Below, piece by piece: positions 57,500-64,000 of a stretch of 64,000 nt of DNA; the stretch's first letter is position 1; each line of letters opens with the position of its first letter. The stretch spans positions 129,378 to 193,377 of the forward strand of contig JBBTWP010000003.1 of assembly GCA_038062675.1 (NCBI GenBank). Reading direction: 5' to 3'. The stretch is from Patescibacteria group bacterium (GTDB lineage: Bacteria; Patescibacteriota; Minisyncoccia; Phycocordibacterales; UBA1550). The position numbers were made by a program, and so were the translations under genes. The notes below the pieces were generated by a model. The model saw nothing but the letters and a program-made list of their open reading frames with translations, did no database searches and was not told where the DNA came from.

Positions 57500-58078
57500 T
57501 TATTTCCCGAGCTTCTTGAGGGCTTCTTTGATGCGAGCAGCCGGGCCAATAATGGTGGCAGGGATAAGATGGAGAGCGTCACGCGCTTCTTTTGTGGAGT
57601 AGCCGAGCGCCATAAGCCCTTCGATGGCATCGTGTTCTTCTCGAAGCACACCAGTCCCGACATCACCTTCATGTCCACCGAGTTTTTCTTGGAGTTCAAT
57701 AATTATTTTCTGAGCACTCTTTGCGCCAATGCCAGAGACTTTGGTAAGGGCGGCTGCGTCACCGCGAGAGATGGCTTGCTTCAAGTGGTCGACAGGGGCA
57801 ATGTTGAGAATGCCAAGCGCAGACTTGGGGCCGATACCTGAAACACTGATGAGCATTTCAAAAAATTCAAGTTCCGCTTCTTCGCGAAACCCATAGAGGT
57901 CGAGCACGTCTTCACGCACGACGAGGTGAGTCCAGAGGTCGACTTTTGAGCCGGTGTTTCCGCGAATGGTGCGCAAGGTGTCGAGCGCAACACGGACTTT
58001 GTAGCCTACGCCGCCTACGTCGACAACAATGAAGCGGTCGCTTGCAAACATGAGGGTTCCAGAGAGGTGAGCAATCAT
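57500..58078 (-). CDS. ruvA: Holliday junction binding protein RuvA
   Basis: MIA.L.G, GVGY, VRED..LYGF, SGIGPKSA, LGY. Confidence 0.96.
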   Translation of the reverse strand: MIAHLSGTLMFASDRFIVVDVGGVGYKVRVALDTLRTIRGNTGSKVDLWTHLVVREDVLDLYGFREEAELEFFEMLISVSGIGPKSALGILNIAPVDHLKQAISRGDAAALTKVSGIGAKSAQKIIIELQEKLGGHEGDVGTGVLREEHDAIEGLMALGYSTKEARDALHLIPATIIGPAARIKEALKKLGK

Positions 58079-58173
58079 ACGCATATAGTACAGGGTTTCC
58101 AACTATTTTGCACTGGGGGTTTGTGGCGCAAAAAAGTTGCAAAATTTGAAAAATGATATATAGTATGTGAATT

Positions 58174-58437
58174 ATGCCAATTACGACATCAGCAAAACGC
58201 AATATTCGTGGGTCAGCCCGCAAGCACGTCTATAACGAACGCCGCAAAAAGGCGATGAAGGACGTGACGAAGGAGGTTCGTGGGCTAGCAGTAGCAAAGG
58301 ATAAAAAGGCTGCACAGGAGCTTCTTTCGAAGGCTTACAAAGCTATCGACAAGGCGGCAAAGACCAACCTTATCAAGAAAAACGCTGCATCTCGCAAAAA
58401 GTCCCGTCTCGCTCAACTTATTAAGAAGATTAAGTAG
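58174..58437 (+). CDS. rpsT: 30S ribosomal protein S20
   Basis: MP..SAKR, IDKAAK...KN.A.RKKSRL. Confidence 0.96.
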   Translation: MPITTSAKRNIRGSARKHVYNERRKKAMKDVTKEVRGLAVAKDKKAAQELLSKAYKAIDKAAKTNLIKKNAASRKKSRLAQLIKKIK

Positions 58438-58505
58438 ATAGCTATTTTTAAAAGGTTCAAAAAACACCATGGCTCGCCATGGTGTTTTTTGGTATAATAG
58501 CGATT

Positions 58506-58820
58506 ATGAACACGATTGTACCAAAGGATGCAGAGAAGATTATTAGAGAGGGTGATGTGGTGGTGCTTGACGTGCGTTCGTCTGAGGAGTATGCCGAAGG
58601 GCACCTTGCTGGTGCGCGCAACATGAACATCAATGATGCTGGGTTTGCTGATAATGTGCGTGCGCTTGATCGTGATAAAAAGTACGTCGTCTATTGTTTG
58701 GCGGGTGGTCGTGGTGGTCGTGCGGTGTCGCTCATGAATGAGCTTGGTTTTAAAGATGCAAAAAATCTTGTAGGGGGGATTACGGTATGGAAGTCTGAGG
58801 GGTTGCCAGTGGAGAAATAA
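58506..58820 (+). CDS. Rhodanese-domain protein
   Basis: LDVR...EY..GHL.GA, VYC..G.R, GGI..W. Confidence 0.9.
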   Translation: MNTIVPKDAEKIIREGDVVVLDVRSSEEYAEGHLAGARNMNINDAGFADNVRALDRDKKYVVYCLAGGRGGRAVSLMNELGFKDAKNLVGGITVWKSEGLPVEK

Positions 58821-58852
58821 AAGCAGTTGGTTTGCTCTTGAGCACAAATACA

Positions 58853-58880
58853 AAAAAACACCCGTTGAGGGGTGTTTTTT
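58853..58880. repeat. Terminator hairpin, identical to 60671-60698
   Basis: aaaaaacacccgttgaggggtgtttttt. Confidence 0.85.
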
Positions 58881-58905
58881 TGTATGTCATGCTAACACCA
58901 AAGAA

Positions 58906-60648
58906 TTAGAGTTTCTGCTTTTCCCACAATTCAAAAAAACGCCCTTTCTTTTGGTGGAGGTCAGCGAAGTTTCCAGACTCTATAATTTTTCCGCCTTCGA
59001 TAACGATAATTTTATCCATTTCTTTTACCGTAGTCAGGCGGTGGGCAATAACAACAGCGGTAACACTTTGGAAAAATTTGTGGAGAGAGTCTTTTATTTT
59101 TTCTTCCGACTCAACATCAAGGTGTGACGTTGCTTCATCCATGAGGAGGATTTGAGGGTTTTTGAATATTGCACGTGCAACGCCAACACGTTGTTTTTCT
59201 CCTCCCGAAAGCTTTACTCCTTTTTCTCCCACAATAGATTTAACCCCTTGTGGAAGTTTGTTCATAAAGTCGCGCACATGCGCAACATTAATGGCGCTGG
59301 CCAAGAGTTCAGCATTCTCGGATTGCTCAGTATTGGTGATAGTTATATTTTCACGGAGCGTGGTGTCAAAGAGCTCGATATCTTGAAGAACGACTGCTAC
59401 ATGATTGAAGTAATCTTTTTTGCTAATGTTTTTTAAGGGAACATCGTCGAAATAAATGTGGCCTGTATATGACTCATGTTCTTTGAGAAGAAGTTTAAAG
59501 AGGGTAGATTTTCCTGCGCCAGACAGTCCAACAATACCAATTTTTTCCCCGCGCCTGATTTCAAGAGAAACATCATCCAAAATCAGTTTGTCGTGATATG
59601 AAAACGAAACATTTTTTATCGAGATTGTTTGCCAGTTGCTAGGGAACGCAACTTTACCATCTTCGCTGTCAATGGTGATTGGAGTCTGAAAAATGCTCTG
59701 CATGCGCGAGAAGGAGTTTTTTGCAACAGCGAAATCTTCTGAAACGTCGGCGAGTTCACCCATCGACTGCACTACGCTTCCGAAATACCCAGCAAAGAGA
59801 ACAAGGAAACCAAGCTCATACACACCCTCAGTGATTCCGTACACAATAAAAATCATAACTGATATGCGAAAAATTTGTGCGTAGAAATTTCTTGCAGAGT
59901 TTCCGCCTTGGTACCAAAATATTCTTTTTTTGATGGTTTCAAAAAGGTCTGCGCCACTTACGGAGAGTTTGCTTAAGATTTGTTGCGCCATCGACATGAT
60001 TTTAACGCTCCGTATATTGCTAATGGACTCAAAGAGTATTCCACTCCGTCGCTCCTCCTTCTCGCTCAAGAGGGAAGCGACAGCGATGACTTTTTTCCGC
60101 GAAAAGCGAGACATGGTGTAGTAAGTAAGGAGGAATACGGTGGTCGTTGCGCCTATAACGAAATCAAATTTAGTAATAATAAATATTACCCCAATGAGGT
60201 TGATGGTGATTTCAATAAAATTGTTGATCCAGATTCTCAGCATCCTGTCCAAGCTTGAAGAGCCACGTTCAATACGCTTGAATTTACTGCCCGCACTTTC
60301 TTGCTCGTGCCACGACATGTCCAAGAGTATGAGGTGCTCTATCGATTTTTGTTGGGCCCTCAAAGCGGCCTTTTCCGAGATTCGATACATGAGCGTTTTC
60401 CCGATATAGATGCCAGCATAGCGGAGTACGATAGCAAGAATGGTGAGTGAGAATGCAATGTAAAGTGGAGTTAGCGGTTTTTCCGGCTTGTAATTGCTGA
60501 AGAAATTTACAATGACGGCGAACGCGTAGGGTGGGTAGAGCCATGCAATATCGCTGAGTGCTCGGCATGTGGTAGCAAGCCAAAATCTCCACTTATCCGC
60601 TTTGACATAGAGCCATACATCAGCAATTAAATCTCGAGTTGTGTACAT
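58906..60648 (-). CDS. ABC exporter (TMD+NBD fusion)
   Basis: TM domain, GLSGAGKS, LSGGEKQR, LLMDEATS, IAHRL. Confidence 0.93.
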   Translation of the reverse strand: MYTTRDLIADVWLYVKADKWRFWLATTCRALSDIAWLYPPYAFAVIVNFFSNYKPEKPLTPLYIAFSLTILAIVLRYAGIYIGKTLMYRISEKAALRAQQKSIEHLILLDMSWHEQESAGSKFKRIERGSSSLDRMLRIWINNFIEITINLIGVIFIITKFDFVIGATTTVFLLTYYTMSRFSRKKVIAVASLLSEKEERRSGILFESISNIRSVKIMSMAQQILSKLSVSGADLFETIKKRIFWYQGGNSARNFYAQIFRISVMIFIVYGITEGVYELGFLVLFAGYFGSVVQSMGELADVSEDFAVAKNSFSRMQSIFQTPITIDSEDGKVAFPSNWQTISIKNVSFSYHDKLILDDVSLEIRRGEKIGIVGLSGAGKSTLFKLLLKEHESYTGHIYFDDVPLKNISKKDYFNHVAVVLQDIELFDTTLRENITITNTEQSENAELLASAINVAHVRDFMNKLPQGVKSIVGEKGVKLSGGEKQRVGVARAIFKNPQILLMDEATSHLDVESEEKIKDSLHKFFQSVTAVVIAHRLTTVKEMDKIIVIEGGKIIESGNFADLHQKKGRFFELWEKQKL

Positions 60649-60670
60649 GAATTTTTAGTATAGCATACGC

Positions 60671-60698
60671 AAAAAACACCCGTTGAGGGGTGTTTTTT
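60671..60698 (-). terminator. tRNA-Arg terminator hairpin, duplicated at 58853
   Basis: Hairpin directly 3' of the tRNA CCA. Confidence 0.8.
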
Positions 60699-60702
60699 GC
60701 GT

Positions 60703-60777
60703 TGGTGCTCCTGGCAGGAATCGAACCTGCATTTCTCCCTTCGCAGGGGAGTGTCCTATCCATTGAACGACAAGAGC
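60703..60777 (-). tRNA. tRNA-Arg(GCG)
   Basis: GCTCTTGTCGTTCAATGGATAGGAC; anticodon arm CTCCC-CTGCGAA-GGGAG; GGTTCGATTCC; ends ACCA. Confidence 0.92.
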
Positions 60778-60859
60778 GTTTTTAGGTGCTTTTTAAAGCT
60801 TCCACACTCTACCACAAAATTTTAGAAAATCAAAAGTTTTTCTAGTCAGCGCAAAGAGC

Positions 60860-61342
60860 TTAAAATCCCAGCATGCGCATAAGGCGATGGGCTACGGGTT
60901 CAACTTGAGGTTGTTCTTCGAGCATGTGCGCAAGGGTGGCACGAATGTCTTCCATGGGGGCATCATTGCCGAGCGGGATAATGATTTGTGGTGCAAGGGG
61001 TTTTTTTGAGGTGAGAAGAATGATGCGGGTAACGGCACCTGTTTTTTTGTCGGTTGATTCGTCAACCCAGAAAGACAGAAGTGTGTCCCACGGATAGAGT
61101 GTTCCGTTGGTACGAATGCCTTGTGCGGAAAGTTCACATTCAACGAAACTCATGGGGCGCTTTGCGCTGACGAGTAGTGTTCCCACGCCGAGAATAACAA
61201 TAATAGAGAGGAGTGCGTTGCCGAGGATGAAAAAGGCGATGGCGAGCGAAATGGTGATGATTCCCGCCGCCCAATACCAATCCGCGGAATGTTCACGATA
61301 TCCATGCTCGGGGGCTTTCCATAAAATACGATCATCGTTCAT
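60860..61342 (-). CDS. Conserved two-TM membrane protein
   Basis: W.APEH...S.DWYW, 2 TM, GI......YP...L.SFW. Confidence 0.7.
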   Translation of the reverse strand: MNDDRILWKAPEHGYREHSADWYWAAGIITISLAIAFFILGNALLSIIVILGVGTLLVSAKRPMSFVECELSAQGIRTNGTLYPWDTLLSFWVDESTDKKTGAVTRIILLTSKKPLAPQIIIPLGNDAPMEDIRATLAHMLEEQPQVEPVAHRLMRMLGF

Positions 61343-61432
61343 GACTATAGTGTAGCAAGAGAATGGAGTTCCGTACAATTTTTACATGTTCATCAATTGT
61401 AGTCTGTTCATAAAGTGCGCTACAATACTCGC

Positions 61433-62140
61433 ATGGGAGACATGACAATACTTATTGCGTTTGGTGCGGGCCTCGTCTCGTTTCTTGCGCCGTGCGTATT
61501 GCCACTGGTTCCGGGGTTCCTTGCTTATTTGGGGGGAGTTGCTGTGGAAAAAAAATCACAAGGTAAGGAAGTGCATCATGCAACATTTCGGGCGAGTATT
61601 TTTTTTGTACTTGGTTTTGTTTCAGTGTTTGCGGTCTTGGGACTCATACTTCATGGAGTGCTTGCACCGCTTGGTGTTGCCACGCAAGCCATACTCGCTC
61701 GCGTGGGCGGGGTCATCGTGATTTTTTTTGGGCTGTATCTCATGGGGCTTATTAAGTTGGGGTTTTTAGAGCGAGCGAGACCTGTGGTGGTGCATAAAAA
61801 GTTTTCTTCGCGTTCGATTACGTCGTTTGTGTTTGGTGTGGCGTTTGCCCTTGGGTGGACACCCTGCGTGGGTGTGGCACTTGGCGCCATTTTTGGTTTG
61901 GCGGTCTTGGCTCCCGCACAAGCATTTGTCCTTTTGCTTGCCTATGCGCTCGGCCTCGGGGTGCCATTTTTGATCATGGGATTTTTTGCAGACAAAATTG
62001 CGCGGCACCTCAATCGCAGTTTCGTGTGGGTGCAATATTTGAACATTCTTTTTGGAGGAGTGTTGGTGTGGTTTGGTGTCCTTGCGTTTACGCAAAACCT
62101 AGCGTCATGTCGTGAGGTGTTGTGGAGTTTTCCTTTTTAA
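61433..62140 (+). CDS. ccdA: CcdA/DsbD transmembrane thiol-disulfide transporter
   Basis: SFLAPCVLPLVP and GWTPCVG. Confidence 0.88.
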   Translation: MGDMTILIAFGAGLVSFLAPCVLPLVPGFLAYLGGVAVEKKSQGKEVHHATFRASIFFVLGFVSVFAVLGLILHGVLAPLGVATQAILARVGGVIVIFFGLYLMGLIKLGFLERARPVVVHKKFSSRSITSFVFGVAFALGWTPCVGVALGAIFGLAVLAPAQAFVLLLAYALGLGVPFLIMGFFADKIARHLNRSFVWVQYLNILFGGVLVWFGVLAFTQNLASCREVLWSFPF

Positions 62141-62144
62141 TGCT

Positions 62145-63404
62145 ATGAAATTAATTTTCGCAATAGTAATACTCCTTGCTTCGAGCGCCCTTATTATTTT
62201 TTCCGGTGCGTCGGTAAAAGTTTTGGAATCGCAGAGCTTGAATCAAGAATTGAATCCTCAAAAAATGATTGCAGGTGCATTTTTTACCAAGAGCATTACA
62301 GCGCCATACCTCCAGCACAAATTTAATGTTGCAAGTACAACGGGGCAAAAGATAAGGGTACTCTTGGTTCCGGGGCACGAGCCACATTTTGGTGGGACGG
62401 AATACAAAGATTTGAAAGAGCGCGATTTGGTAGTTGACCTCACTCAGGAGCTTGCAAAATATTTGAGCGCTGACGATACTTTTGAAGTTATTGTAACGCG
62501 TGGGAAAAATTCATGGAACCCGCAGTTTGAAAAATATTTTGTGGAAGGAAAGAAAGCCATTGAGGATTTTGCAGTAGCCCAGAGGGATGAAATGAATCGA
62601 CTAATAAAAGAAGGAAAGATTTCGAAGGTTCCTGATGTGGTTCCCCACAATGACGCTCCCGGAGATGTTGCACTACGACTCTATGGTATCAACAAGTGGG
62701 CAAATGAATATGGCGTAGATGTTGTGATCCATGTTCACCTCAATGATTATCCAAGAAAACGCGTCACGCGTGCTGGTGAGTACACAGGATTCTCTATTTA
62801 TGTTCCCGAGAAGCAGTATTCGAATGCAGAAACGAGCGTTGAAGTGTCGACAAAGATTTTTAATCGATTGGCAAAATTGTTCCCTGTGAGCGATATGCCA
62901 AAAGAGGATATGGGAATCGTCGAAGATCAAGAGCTTATCGCCATCGGCAGTTTTAATACGGTAAATGCGGCAAGTATGCTCATTGAATATGGGTATGTAT
63001 ATGAATCTCAGTTTGCCAATCCAAAGATTGCGCAGGCAGTGCTCAAAGAAATGGCACTGCAGACGTACCTCGGGCTACACGATTTTTTTAATGAAGCAGG
63101 GAGTCCTACGGTGGGTGTTCATGATACGACATTATTGCCGTTTGAGTGGAAGACGGCGATTAAAAAAAATCAGAACCCAAGTCAAGATGTCTTGTCTCTT
63201 CAGGCGGCGCTCATGAAGCGCGGATCATATCCGCCAGCAGGAAGTTCAAAGAATGATTGCCCGCTCAGTGGAACATTTGGACCATGTACGCGAACGGCCC
63301 TCGCTGTGTTTCAGAAGGAATTTGATACACAAGGAGAACGAGGAGTTGTCGGAAAGGAGACGCGAGATTGGTTGAATAGTTTATATGGCGAAGTGGGGAG
63401 GTGA
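62145..63404 (+). CDS. N-acetylmuramoyl-L-alanine amidase with PG-binding domain
   Basis: PGH...E, VTR, IHVHLND, LIEYGY; LQ..L...G...G.FG..T..A...FQ. Confidence 0.82.
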   Translation: MKLIFAIVILLASSALIIFSGASVKVLESQSLNQELNPQKMIAGAFFTKSITAPYLQHKFNVASTTGQKIRVLLVPGHEPHFGGTEYKDLKERDLVVDLTQELAKYLSADDTFEVIVTRGKNSWNPQFEKYFVEGKKAIEDFAVAQRDEMNRLIKEGKISKVPDVVPHNDAPGDVALRLYGINKWANEYGVDVVIHVHLNDYPRKRVTRAGEYTGFSIYVPEKQYSNAETSVEVSTKIFNRLAKLFPVSDMPKEDMGIVEDQELIAIGSFNTVNAASMLIEYGYVYESQFANPKIAQAVLKEMALQTYLGLHDFFNEAGSPTVGVHDTTLLPFEWKTAIKKNQNPSQDVLSLQAALMKRGSYPPAGSSKNDCPLSGTFGPCTRTALAVFQKEFDTQGERGVVGKETRDWLNSLYGEVGR

Positions 63405-63432
63405 TTGTTCTTTATGAAAAACACAGGAATGC

Positions 63433-63465
63433 AAAAGGGGCGCGCCGTACCGCGCGCCCCTTTTT
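63433..63465. terminator. Bidirectional terminator
   Basis: aaaaggggcgcg...cgcgccccttttt. Confidence 0.75.
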
Positions 63466-63483
63466 CATTACAGTGTTTTAAGG

Positions 63484-63933
63484 TTATTTTAAGGTCACCG
63501 ATCCTCGAAACTCAGGCTTCAAGTGGTCGTGGTAGCGCCACTGTCCTGCGGTTGTAAATGTGTATTCATACACAGATCCTTTTGGTTCTCCTTCGAACTC
63601 ATCAAACCCGGGAAGTTCTTTGTGCGTAGGATGCATTGCTGATGCTACCCACATGTCGGTGTTTGAGTTGTTTACGAAACGTACTTTTGATCCTGCCGTC
63701 ACCTCAAGCGTTGCTGGGTTGAATCCAGCGTCGCTGTAGGTGACGGTGTACTCAGCTACTTGCATAGCAGGCACCATAGCGTCTTCTGTGGTCCCTCCTT
63801 TTGGAGCACTGTTTAAAAAGAAAAATAAACCAATGAGGACAATGAATCCGGCAATAATATAATAAACTTTTTTACTTTTTGGTGATTCCATTGGTGGCTG
63901 CATTGATGACTGTGTCGTTTGCGTTGGTTCCAT
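63484..63933 (-). CDS. Membrane-anchored cupredoxin-fold protein
   Basis: GF.P..L.V..G..V.F.N, HPTH, Y.YTF...G.W.YHDH. Confidence 0.8.
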   Translation of the reverse strand: MEPTQTTQSSMQPPMESPKSKKVYYIIAGFIVLIGLFFFLNSAPKGGTTEDAMVPAMQVAEYTVTYSDAGFNPATLEVTAGSKVRFVNNSNTDMWVASAMHPTHKELPGFDEFEGEPKGSVYEYTFTTAGQWRYHDHLKPEFRGSVTLK

Positions 63934-64000
63934 GATAATGAATTAAGACTAAATGATTAATGAAAGCACTTTTTAAGTATACCATTTCGGTACAGAAAAC

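Overview
This window is the replication-origin region of a small-genome bacterium, most likely Patescibacteria/CPR (Parcubacteria-like). That inference rests on the chromosomal prgI/virB4/pilin block, the compact polA and holA, many near-leaderless genes and a tRNA-Arg(GCG). Core content: yidC, yidD-rnpA-rpmH, dnaA-oriC-dnaN, a class A PBP, tyrS, dispersed ruvC/ruvB/ruvA, pilB, tsaE-polA-holA, rpsT and two tRNAs. Accessory content: a Panacea-type toxin-antitoxin pair, a type III R-M system with a Schlafen/AlbA_2 gene inside it, and many secreted or surface proteins. Four observations stand out. (1) A four-gene cluster at 27.7-32.3 kb holds a SerRS, a truncated archaeal-like AlaRS catalytic paralog, an S51 peptidase and an archaeal-type SAM synthetase. 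(2) Accessory genes are stacked at the ruvB 3' end, each bounded by a diverged copy of the ruvB C-terminus. Similar flank duplications surround two other single genes, and I saw no integrase. (3) An unannotated ~180-200 nt rod-shaped RNA with a strong promoter next to ruvB is a 6S RNA candidate. (4) There are several families of structured intergenic elements. All calls come from reading motifs by eye; no searches were run.
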